Shown here in pieces: positions 55,396-63,305 of a DNA stretch of 63,305 bases (position 1 is the stretch's first letter; each line of letters opens with the position of its first letter). The notes under the pieces are model-generated. The model ran no database searches. It saw nothing but the letters and a program-made list of their open reading frames with translations, and was not told where the DNA came from. The translations under genes were made by a program, and so were the position numbers. Origin of the DNA: a virus (Duplodnaviria; Caudoviricetes); IMG/VR virus record IMGVR_UViG_3300032087_001789, positions 1 to 63,305 of that record. The stretch is one strand, 5' to 3'.

Positions 55396-57821
55396 TATAG
55401 TCTATTTAGTGATGATAAGAAATCGTCGTCATCGTCGCTTTGCAACTCGCCTCTCTCGCCTTTGCGTTGAGAGATTAATTTAGACTGCTCTGTAGCCTGT
55501 TTTTTCACACGCTCGTCCTTGCGGTCTTCCTGCATAGTCTGAACCTCTTTTTTCATACTTGCACTCGCCTGAGCAATCTGTTGTGCGTTAGCACCTCTGA
55601 TTTTTTCGAGTTCAAGTTTAAATTGGTATTCCATCTGCATACGTTGCATTTCAAGTTGAGCCTCCATTTGCTTTTTCTGCATATCAAATTGAGCCTGAGT
55701 CTGAGCCACCTGCATATCTGCTTGTGCCTTAGCCGCTGTAGCCTGTTGTGCTGCTTGACTCTGCATCTGAGAGTTTTGAGCCGCCATATCTTGAATACGC
55801 TTGATGCGTTTAGCACGACGTACAATTAACAAGCGTTCTGCTTGGTCAATGTCTTTTAGTCTGCGAATTGCAATAGCATCTTCGATGTCAATTTCTTTTT
55901 GAGCCAACGCCTGTTGAATGTTAGCCTCCAAGTAAGCCTTGTCTGCGTCATCCATTTCAGTTGTAACGATAATACCAAAGTTGTACATAGGTAGTTTCTT
56001 AAACTCCTTTAATGTATCCATTGCGCTATTACCTACAGCCTTTTCGTAGGTTTTGTATAGGATGGAGTCGCTTGGTAGAATCTGTAAACACTTAATCACA
56101 TCCTCGACTACACGCTTGTAAAGAACAAGTGATGCGTGAGTAATGTCGTATAAGGCGTTATTCGCTGCTGACGCTTGTTGATTACGTACCCCGACCAAAG
56201 CATCGCTCTTAGGGGTAGAGCCATCAATAGCCTCGTTAACACCTGTTGCATCTCGAATCATACGAAGATAGTGGTTGTACAGACCAATCAATTCGTTGAT
56301 GTTTCGAATGGTGTTATTAATTTCTCGAATAGGTGGGTTTTGGAAACCGCCTTCAGGATTCTTAGAGCGGTAGTACATTACACCTGTTTGCTCGTAGATA
56401 TCCTGTAAATCAAGAGGAGAAAGTTCACCACCTGCACCCAACTGTACATTGTCAAGACCCTCGATGTCAATCATAATACCGTCAGGCTTAGCCTTAGCAA
56501 CGGCTTGTTGAATCTTCAAGTGTGTAATCTGTAGTTGGTCTGCAAACCCAATGATGCTCGTTACCATAGACTTCGGCATCATACGACGCAAGTTAGTAGC
56601 CACGATAGAGTAAGATAGCGTTGTGCGAGATAAGTCGTGGATGTTACGAGGTTGGTTATGCTTCTTACCATAGTTCAATAGTAAGTTAGCGCCGCTTACG
56701 TACAAACCGCCGTACAGACACATAGTCTTCATAAAGACAGGGTTGCGGTCATAAACAGACTGAGTAGGCATCTTGTACTCCTCACCTTTAAAGTAGAAGC
56801 CCATATTACCATACTTAGACATTTTCTCCTCATAGATTTGCTCGTCGAGTCCGATGAACTCAAAGTCAAGCACTTCTAATGAGTATTCGTCATAACCGTA
56901 TACTTGACGACCCGTGCGTTGGTCGTAATAATTCTTGCTTAGTTTACTTGCGTCGTTACCCCACTTGTTTTTAATTTGTGAAGCCACCTTGCTCCATTGC
57001 TCTTCATTTAGTTCGTTACCTGCAATACGCTTTAGTTCGTGGATTGTCATACGACGAATCTCACCTGCGTATACCAAGTCCTTCATAAACGGGTCTTCCG
57101 TGTAAGAGTGGATAAGGTGTGACGGGTCAACATAGCGCTCAACGATACCGTGGTTCGGGTCGTTCTCACGCTTGACAGCAGCCATACCTGTAACAACCAA
57201 GTCTTCGACGGCACGACGGAATGTAGAGTCGTTAAAGTCGTTCCATTCAAGTGTTAGGTTTGCTGCAATCTGTGCTGCAATCTCCGCAGCCACTTTGATG
57301 TTAGCATCCATAAAGATTTCTGCCTCTTCGGGAGTATCAGGAAGTGCGTCAACATCATCTTTAAGAGAAACACCCAAGTCCCGCATTTCTTTCAAGAAGT
57401 CTTTGTTCTCGATAGCGGCGCGTGTACGTGCTTTCTTCATTTCTTTTTCTCCGCGAGATAGCGGGTCGATAGCCTCTACGTTAGGGTAAGGCTTACGAGA
57501 TAGAATCTTGTTAACTACGATTTTTACGAACTTAGGTACAATAGGTACGGGAGTCCAATCCAAGTTCAACAGCGTACCCTGACCACCGTTGGGGTCAAGA
57601 CTGTTTAGGATTTGTTTGTAGATTTGAGTAGACTGCGTACCCTGAGCATAGTCACGAGCGCGTTCAAACTCCTTTAATCGTTTCTGATAAAGTGACGTGG
57701 TGGATTCTGTTCCACCCCATTGTCCCATAATAGCCTTAGCGTAGGCTGCACCGTACCCCTTTGACATTTTTTCAGCGGCTTTCGCTGTTGGGTCGGGGAA
57801 ATTACCATAGTTCTTATTCAT
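55395..57821 (-). CDS. Portal protein
   Basis: ~808 aa after TerL; LNLDWTPVPIVPKFV, TGVNEA.DGS, Q-rich C-terminal coiled coil. Confidence 0.85.
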   Translation of the reverse strand: MNKNYGNFPDPTAKAAEKMSKGYGAAYAKAIMGQWGGTESTTSLYQKRLKEFERARDYAQGTQSTQIYKQILNSLDPNGGQGTLLNLDWTPVPIVPKFVKIVVNKILSRKPYPNVEAIDPLSRGEKEMKKARTRAAIENKDFLKEMRDLGVSLKDDVDALPDTPEEAEIFMDANIKVAAEIAAQIAANLTLEWNDFNDSTFRRAVEDLVVTGMAAVKRENDPNHGIVERYVDPSHLIHSYTEDPFMKDLVYAGEIRRMTIHELKRIAGNELNEEQWSKVASQIKNKWGNDASKLSKNYYDQRTGRQVYGYDEYSLEVLDFEFIGLDEQIYEEKMSKYGNMGFYFKGEEYKMPTQSVYDRNPVFMKTMCLYGGLYVSGANLLLNYGKKHNQPRNIHDLSRTTLSYSIVATNLRRMMPKSMVTSIIGFADQLQITHLKIQQAVAKAKPDGIMIDIEGLDNVQLGAGGELSPLDLQDIYEQTGVMYYRSKNPEGGFQNPPIREINNTIRNINELIGLYNHYLRMIRDATGVNEAIDGSTPKSDALVGVRNQQASAANNALYDITHASLVLYKRVVEDVIKCLQILPSDSILYKTYEKAVGNSAMDTLKEFKKLPMYNFGIIVTTEMDDADKAYLEANIQQALAQKEIDIEDAIAIRRLKDIDQAERLLIVRRAKRIKRIQDMAAQNSQMQSQAAQQATAAKAQADMQVAQTQAQFDMQKKQMEAQLEMQRMQMEYQFKLELEKIRGANAQQIAQASASMKKEVQTMQEDRKDERVKKQATEQSKLISQRKGERGELQSDDDDDFLSSLNRL

Positions 57822-57863
57822 TTCGCACAAGATTATCTATTGTGCAAAGATAAGAAAAATTCC

Positions 57864-59987
57864 CTAAGCGTTAGGCTTGTAACGTCTGAAGAACTTTTTG
57901 TCAGAAAAGTCAGCCTGTTTTACTTTTTTGGGTTTAATTTGTGCCGCGAGTAAACAGAGTCCTGAACTAATTGATAAATCGTATTTGGTACGATTGTCTA
58001 TACGGAAGCCAATCCAATCCTCTAAGGTTCTGTCGAGGTACATTCTACCCATTTCCCCTGTGTCCATATTCTCTCCCACATAATTATGTATATAGGATTC
58101 AATAGCCATAGCGTGAGCCTGAATTACTTCAGCCGAGTTAGAGGGGATACCCTTGGTTTTAGACTTACTTGCCGCCCCACCTAAGTGTGCGGGTCTGTCT
58201 AATAGATACTCGAGGTAGCCTCGCTCCTCAAAATAACGTGCAATACCGTACTTGTTGTTCTCTATAAGAATAGGATAGCCGAAGTACACAGCCGCCATTA
58301 ATACATCCTCGTAGAATATCTTAGCCATCGGTGGGCGTGAACAATACTCCGCAATAAACACATTACTTACATCGTTCATACTAAACTTGTTGTAGAAATG
58401 ACAAGCGCCTTTCGAGCCTCGTCCATCTACTGTAGCATCGAGGTCATAACTATCGACCCCGCCAACACCCTTGTTTCCGTGTGGTGCTGTCCAATGCCCG
58501 TTGCGGTGTTTTACCTTTACGTTTCTGTCGTCGTGCTTTGGCTGCCACGCTACTACCCAACGCCCCTGTGGGTCGGGCACAAACTCTACCTCTGTATCCA
58601 ATTGTCCGCCCTTCCATTGGAAGTTACCTGTTACGGTTGGCTTGGGGTACATTAGGTCGTTATGCTCCTTCTGCTCGTATATCTTACCAAGGTTAAACAG
58701 ACTACTTTCTACAGAGTCACGGAACGCTTCTTCTGCAGAGTAGGGGAACTGACGCACAACCTCGTTGAGTTCGTTAGCGTCATCCTTTAGGGCTTTACGT
58801 TCGTTGTTTAGATACGTACGTGCCCCCATCATAATCATCTCCCCATCCAAGGTTTCCATAGGCTTTGCAGGGTCTTCGATGATTGGGTTTCCAAACTTGT
58901 CGAAGAATCCTTCAAGCGCTTCGTAGGCAGGGATGAATATGCGGTAAAGCATAGAGCGTGTACGACCATTGGCGTTACGTTCTTTTGGGTCTGAGTCATT
59001 CCATAAGTCTTTATACTGCTGACCACCTTTGTTCATAGGGTTTACCGTAGACCCGACCAAAGCCGTACCTACAATCTTACGCCCTACAATCAAACAGGTT
59101 CTGTTGATACGCCAAGCCTCACGGATATCCGAGGGCTTTTCCCACTTACCTGCTTCGTCGAGAAATAAGTAGTATAAACGCTCACCATCATAAGCATTGT
59201 TCACCGTGTTCTTCCAATTAATTACGGTGTCGAGTGCTTCGCCGACAGTTGCTGTTTTATTGTTCTTTGTAATTTTCTTTGCGGGTTCTCGGAAAGCCAA
59301 CTCCATACGAGGGTTAGTTGAACCATCCTGAATAGGTTTGAAAAAGAATGGAAAGTGTTTATACATAGACACCACCTTTTTCATAAAGACGTTCTCCTGA
59401 GCATCCTTACCCGTCTTAGACATAATGCCTAATACTTTGTCTTTCGCTATTGTGCCCTCTGCTAACAGAGTAGCCACAGCCATATTGGTGTATCCCGAAC
59501 GACGACACTTGGTAAACAACTGTCCAACGCACCTTGGGTCTACACGACACGCCTCAGCGTGGATAAAAAGTTTTCTTTGGAATGCTAAATAGTCTCCGTA
59601 GAATGAGCCATCAATTTTGACCCATTGGAGCATAAAGTAATGGTTTCCTGTGATATAAGTCGCTTCACCGTTAATGTACATCCAAACACCTTCACGCCTA
59701 CGCTTAAACTCCCTTTCGATATATGCACTATAGGTTTTTCTAAAGTTACTCGGCTGTTGCGCCCACTCATCCATAGAACGAATCCCCTTGAGTGCTTCGG
59801 GGACACTTTGACGCACCCAATGCTGCTCAGACCTATGTAAATCGGAGAACAAAATCTCAGCATCATCAGGTTGTACAGGAAGTTGGATATACAGACCCTC
59901 CAATTCAATGATGTCCCCCATTGAATCGTTAGGGCATATATTAATGATTTCTTCTTCGTATCCATCTATTTGTTTAAGTCCCGCCAT
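57864..59987 (-). CDS. terL: Terminase large subunit
   Basis: K.RRSG Walker A-like motif, LFLDEAGK Walker B, GST coupling motif, GVDSYD nuclease, ENNK, YDL.ISSG. Confidence 0.92.
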   Translation of the reverse strand: MAGLKQIDGYEEEIINICPNDSMGDIIELEGLYIQLPVQPDDAEILFSDLHRSEQHWVRQSVPEALKGIRSMDEWAQQPSNFRKTYSAYIEREFKRRREGVWMYINGEATYITGNHYFMLQWVKIDGSFYGDYLAFQRKLFIHAEACRVDPRCVGQLFTKCRRSGYTNMAVATLLAEGTIAKDKVLGIMSKTGKDAQENVFMKKVVSMYKHFPFFFKPIQDGSTNPRMELAFREPAKKITKNNKTATVGEALDTVINWKNTVNNAYDGERLYYLFLDEAGKWEKPSDIREAWRINRTCLIVGRKIVGTALVGSTVNPMNKGGQQYKDLWNDSDPKERNANGRTRSMLYRIFIPAYEALEGFFDKFGNPIIEDPAKPMETLDGEMIMMGARTYLNNERKALKDDANELNEVVRQFPYSAEEAFRDSVESSLFNLGKIYEQKEHNDLMYPKPTVTGNFQWKGGQLDTEVEFVPDPQGRWVVAWQPKHDDRNVKVKHRNGHWTAPHGNKGVGGVDSYDLDATVDGRGSKGACHFYNKFSMNDVSNVFIAEYCSRPPMAKIFYEDVLMAAVYFGYPILIENNKYGIARYFEERGYLEYLLDRPAHLGGAASKSKTKGIPSNSAEVIQAHAMAIESYIHNYVGENMDTGEMGRMYLDRTLEDWIGFRIDNRTKYDLSISSGLCLLAAQIKPKKVKQADFSDKKFFRRYKPNA

Positions 59988-60076
59988 TAGTGTACGATTT
60001 ACAAATATATGTTTAATTTTTTACTTAAATACTTAAACAGAAGTCTCAGGAGTGACAAAATGTTAAAATATGGGCA

Positions 60077-60364
60077 TTACTTGCTAAATCGTTCAGCAAA
60101 TCCACCCGAGAAATCTTGCTTCTCTTCTATCTCCCCTGTCTCTTGTGCATTTTTTATCATTTGCTCTATCTCTTGTCGCATTACCAACATATCCTTAGCA
60201 TCTGATGTAGCCTGTTTAATTGATGCAAGTTCCGCCTTACGACCTGAGCCGTTTAGTTCAGAGTCAACAGGTTTCTTGATTTCCTCAATCATGTTGTTGA
60301 TAGCAATCTCTGTTGATTCCAATAGGCGTATTGCAGCCTCTAATGTGAAGTTCTTATTTGACAT
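60077..60364 (-). CDS. Helical protein, possible terminase small subunit
   Basis: Directly upstream of terL; GFAERF C-terminus. Confidence 0.45.
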   Translation of the reverse strand: MSNKNFTLEAAIRLLESTEIAINNMIEEIKKPVDSELNGSGRKAELASIKQATSDAKDMLVMRQEIEQMIKNAQETGEIEEKQDFSGGFAERFSK

Positions 60365-60947
60365 AAGCCGCGTAAATAAAGTCAGGCTTCATACGGAACA
60401 CCTGTGAGCCATCGGGCAGGGTAATTCTGTAGTCCGCATTCTGCTTATATATAACTAAGTCTCCAACCTCGATACCTGCTTCCTCTGTCCCTTCGCTCGG
60501 GTATAGTACAACAGCCTCGTTTTTAGTTTCAACCTTCTGAGTACCTAAGTATAAACCACTTGCAGATATAACCTCTTCCTCTACGTCAGGCACAGCCTCT
60601 AAGATTACCCAAGTTCCCAAAACGGTAACTGAACCGTCTTGATGGATAACCATATACGCCTGTCCCATAATTTCGGTTGGGTGGTATGCTACCAAGTAGC
60701 AGTCGTCCCCAAGACCAAACTTGTCAGGTTGTTGGTTGACGTGGTGGTGAAACACAAGCGTGTCCCCAATCTGTACTTTTTCAGGGATGTCCCACTTAGC
60801 GGGGATAGCCTTAATAGTACCATAAGAGATACGCCCCTCGAAATCATCAAAGCGCGTATCCTTAATCAAAGTTGTTCCGTCAGATAACTTAATATCGTCT
60901 TGGTATAGTTTACCAATCTCTACTACAAAGTCGTATAATGGTTTCAT
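60354..60947 (-). CDS. Tandem GroES-like co-chaperonin
   Basis: MKPLYD.V.V..GD.LVF and T/SASGLYL...G.EVGDLVIY repeats. Confidence 0.7.
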   Translation of the reverse strand: MKPLYDFVVEIGKLYQDDIKLSDGTTLIKDTRFDDFEGRISYGTIKAIPAKWDIPEKVQIGDTLVFHHHVNQQPDKFGLGDDCYLVAYHPTEIMGQAYMVIHQDGSVTVLGTWVILEAVPDVEEEVISASGLYLGTQKVETKNEAVVLYPSEGTEEAGIEVGDLVIYKQNADYRITLPDGSQVFRMKPDFIYAAYVK

Positions 60948-61189
60948 TATCCTAAGTCAATATCGTATTCAACAATCACAGGCATACTGTCAATTGCTTT
61001 CCAAAGCAGTATACCGTCTTCGTTTTCAATGTAGATTAGAAAGCGTGAGCGTCCATACAATTGCTCGGCACGTCCGTCCTGAGTAATTGCGTGGATAGTT
61101 CCACCCCCGTAAATTGTTTGACCTACTACAAATGCAAACCCGTTCTTCGGGTCTTTACCGCAGATAATTTTTCTAATTGGAGTCTCCAT
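60947..61189 (-). CDS. Conserved hypothetical protein
   Basis: IRKI..G.DPK....VGQ...WK....MPV.VEYD. Confidence 0.75.
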   Translation of the reverse strand: METPIRKIICGKDPKNGFAFVVGQTIYGGGTIHAITQDGRAEQLYGRSRFLIYIENEDGILLWKAIDSMPVIVEYDIDLG

Positions 61190-61523
61190 CTTTGTCTGTG
61201 TTTTTATGGATAAAGTTCATCCAATCCTCAGAAGTCCAATCATCAGTATCCCTCAACTCACGAGGAATAGTAGGTGAATCCATCTGTTGAAAGTATGAAA
61301 CAGCAAGAGACAGAATCTCATCCAATTCATCTTCGTCAACTACTACGTAGTCCAATACCGTTTTTAGTTTTGCAGAGCCGTCTTCGTTTTGAGTGTATAC
61401 TCCACCCACGAATGCAGAAACCCATTGGTCTTCTAAGCCGTACTTCTGTACAAGGGCTTTGATGCCTTCAAGTTTCTCGGCTACCTCATCGAAGAACTCT
61501 TGAGGTGCTTCTTGATAATCCAT
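61173..61523 (-). CDS. Acidic hypothetical protein
   Basis: Promoter TATATTTG at 61555-61562 upstream. Confidence 0.7.
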   Translation of the reverse strand: MDYQEAPQEFFDEVAEKLEGIKALVQKYGLEDQWVSAFVGGVYTQNEDGSAKLKTVLDYVVVDEDELDEILSLAVSYFQQMDSPTIPRELRDTDDWTSEDWMNFIHKNTDKDGDSN

Positions 61524-61571
61524 CTTGTTTTTCTTTTAATTAAATTGTATATTACAAATATACGGAAAATT

Positions 61572-62000
61572 ATGCCGAAGAGCAAGGTACATAAGAAGAA
61601 GATAAACCGCGAGTTCCTACCGTTACAGGAAAAGTACGTGCGTCACAACGATATGAAGTATTGGAGTCTCGCCATTCGCGATATGGTCAAGTACACAGAC
61701 TTAACAAAAGCCGAGTTAGAGTTTCTGTTATATGTGTATGACTTGGAGTTTTTTGAGATTACTTGGGCGGCAGAATCCTATGGACAGTCTCGCAAGAAGT
61801 TATACGAAAGGATTATACTTCCGCTGAAGAAGAAAGGATACCTTGAGGAATACTTCAATCCAACCAAGCGTCGTGAAGACGTCGATGTACATTTCAACAT
61901 ACGGCGCAATGCTCAGAAGTTGTCTGTAAGTCATAAAGGGAGACACAACGTTCAGCGTCTTTATCGTAAGTTGTACGGAGAAGAGGAGATAAGGTATTAA
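61572..62000 (+). CDS. Winged-helix (MarR-like) regulator
   Basis: LTKAELEFLLY...L.KKGYL...VS.KGR; divergent from the late operon. Confidence 0.65.
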   Translation: MPKSKVHKKKINREFLPLQEKYVRHNDMKYWSLAIRDMVKYTDLTKAELEFLLYVYDLEFFEITWAAESYGQSRKKLYERIILPLKKKGYLEEYFNPTKRREDVDVHFNIRRNAQKLSVSHKGRHNVQRLYRKLYGEEEIRY

Positions 62001-62209
62001 AAGAAATATCTCTCCTTTACCGTCCTTGCCCACTCTATACCTTGTCGGAAGGTGGAGTTTTCCACTTTCTTCAAGTCTTTTTTTAGTGCCTTCATAGGTG
62101 GAGGAGTGAATAAGATATATTCCAAACAGAAAAGACAGAAGCGAAGTTTTGTAGCGAACAAAACGGCTCCTGTATACTTCAGTCCCCAAACAATATAACG
62201 AAAGTCCAT
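61997..62209 (-). CDS. Small hypothetical protein
   Basis: TACCTTTG promoter 6 nt upstream of ATG 62209. Confidence 0.5.
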   Translation of the reverse strand: MDFRYIVWGLKYTGAVLFATKLRFCLFCLEYILFTPPPMKALKKDLKKVENSTFRQGIEWARTVKERYFF

Positions 62210-62236
62210 ATATTGCAAAGGTACAAACTAATAACT

Positions 62237-62488
62237 TTATCTTTCTAACCATTTGTGGAGTTGTATGACAGGGTAGCCAATCCACCAACACACCGCCATA
62301 ACAGCCAACCACCTACCTGCTCGGGTAGCATCAAAGATTCTGATTTCCTCGTCTTTCAGACTGTCAAGTTCGAGTTCTTCCTTTTCCTCCTTAGTAAGTA
62401 TGCGAAAACATTTTTTCTGAATGCGAGAGGCTGCGAAGAAGTACAGCCCTGCTGCACCAATTGGTATTGAGAGTATTGTATAAATCAT
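62237..62488 (-). CDS. Small membrane protein
   Basis: Two hydrophobic segments; TATATTAG 6 nt upstream. Confidence 0.6.
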   Translation of the reverse strand: MIYTILSIPIGAAGLYFFAASRIQKKCFRILTKEEKEELELDSLKDEEIRIFDATRAGRWLAVMAVCWWIGYPVIQLHKWLER

Positions 62489-62618
62489 ATGCTACTAATA
62501 TACAGAAAAGCCCCCACATACGCAAGGGCTTCCCTCAGATACTTTTCACCTCCTTTCCTTTTAGCGCGAAGCGCGTTCCGAAATTTTCAATTCCGTACTT
62601 AAAGGTAAGAAAGAGTTA

Positions 62619-62783
62619 TTAACTCTTATACATCTTGTCGAAGATAAAGAGCGCAACAGAAGTTGCTAATGTGAAGAACGCTGCTGTTAGTAGACGGTCT
62701 TGTTCCGCCACCAACAATGCTGTAGTAAAAGCACAGGTTACACCCCAACGGTACTCACCCCAAAATTTCTTTAGTGTTTCCAT
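62619..62783 (-). CDS. 54-aa membrane peptide (not in ORF track)
   Basis: METLKKFWGEYRWGVTCAFTTALLV...; promoter TATCTTTG 62804-62811. Confidence 0.55.
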   Translation of the reverse strand: METLKKFWGEYRWGVTCAFTTALLVAEQDRLLTAAFFTLATSVALFIFDKMYKS

Positions 62784-63214
62784 ATTAATCATTATTTATC
62801 ATACAAAGATACGAAACTGCCCATAATTTATCCAATTTAAGGCTTAACCTAAAAAAAGTTAGGAAAACAGCCTTCAATGTCAAAAATATGTTGTAACTTT
62901 GCCTCAATATCACAGCGAGAGCGTGAGTAACTTGTCTTTCTCATCCCTCGTTCTCCAAGTGGGGGGTCTTCGACATACCCACTAAATCATCACAAGTTTT
63001 AAGGGCTAATTGTATTCGGAGCGCACTTGCGTCATCCCCTCGTTAGAACAGACTCCATACCGTGGTTTCTGAAGTGCTTTCTTTGTGCGTAGCACCCTGT
63101 ACCCTTCCGCCTCCATAAAAATCCCGTTAGAAAGCGTTTAAATGGGTTTAGTAAAATGGAAAAAAGGTTGAGGTATAGAGAGTGTGGGGATTATATATAT
63201 ATACACACGCATCA

Positions 63215-63305
63215 AACCCGAATCCGAAACGGAATCCCAAACCCCCTACCCCCGATGTTTACCGATTTGGTCAAAATAGTTTTAGGTTTTTGGTCACACG
63301 GGCGA
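63215..63305. repeat. Right copy of 91-bp direct terminal repeat
   Basis: Identical to 1-91. Confidence 0.95.

Noticed and set aside
20444-60947. Numerous + strand ORFs opposite the structural genes (and - strand ORFs opposite the early genes)
   Set aside because: Antisense shadows of long real genes, with no independent motifs or leaders.
62941-63045. HDV-like (theta) ribozyme suggested by TCCCTCGT
   Set aside because: No P3 pairing around the motif and no nested P1/P2 pseudoknot could be built.
1-63305. Stop-codon reassignment or temperate lifestyle
   Set aside because: Genes are intact and tightly coupled in the standard code; no suppressor tRNA, integrase, CI-like repressor or partition genes were recognised.

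Overview
This window is an apparently complete ~63.2 kb lytic tailed-phage genome: the first 91 bp recur exactly at 63215-63305. The host is almost certainly in Bacteroidota (probably Flavobacteriia), because about 20 TAnnTTTG-type promoters sit in front of genes and start codons lack Shine-Dalgarno motifs. The + strand arm (about 0.9-19.9 kb) carries early and replication genes: a MoxR-like AAA+ ATPase with a vWA-like partner, ERF, a RecE-like exonuclease, SSB, a sigma-like factor, a DnaA-like HTH, a dNTP diphosphohydrolase, a VirE_N primase-DnaB helicase, nucleases and a metallophosphoesterase. The - strand arm (about 19.9-62.8 kb) carries a podovirus or crAss-related morphogenesis module: TerL, portal, fibres, scaffold, MCP, tail rings, muzzle, ejection proteins including a ~3250 aa giant, and a holin, with a short + strand island carrying an amidase. 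I recognised no DNA polymerase, RNA polymerase, integrase or canonical tRNA. The most striking unexplained signals are non-coding. They are a ~630 nt highly structured RNA candidate at the start of the early region; a family of at least 7 tRNA-top-half-like (acceptor stem plus T-loop arm) elements with covariation that punctuate the + strand transcript; two families of repeated leader or operator motifs; and an array of inverted-repeat boxes at the left end. Other points of interest are a stand-alone 39 aa peptide resembling the ribonucleotide reductase C-terminal CxxC shuttle, an FFQ-punctuated zincin polyprotein, leaderless late genes, and strong by-eye avoidance of several tetranucleotides. 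All calls were made by eye from motifs; no database searches were run.
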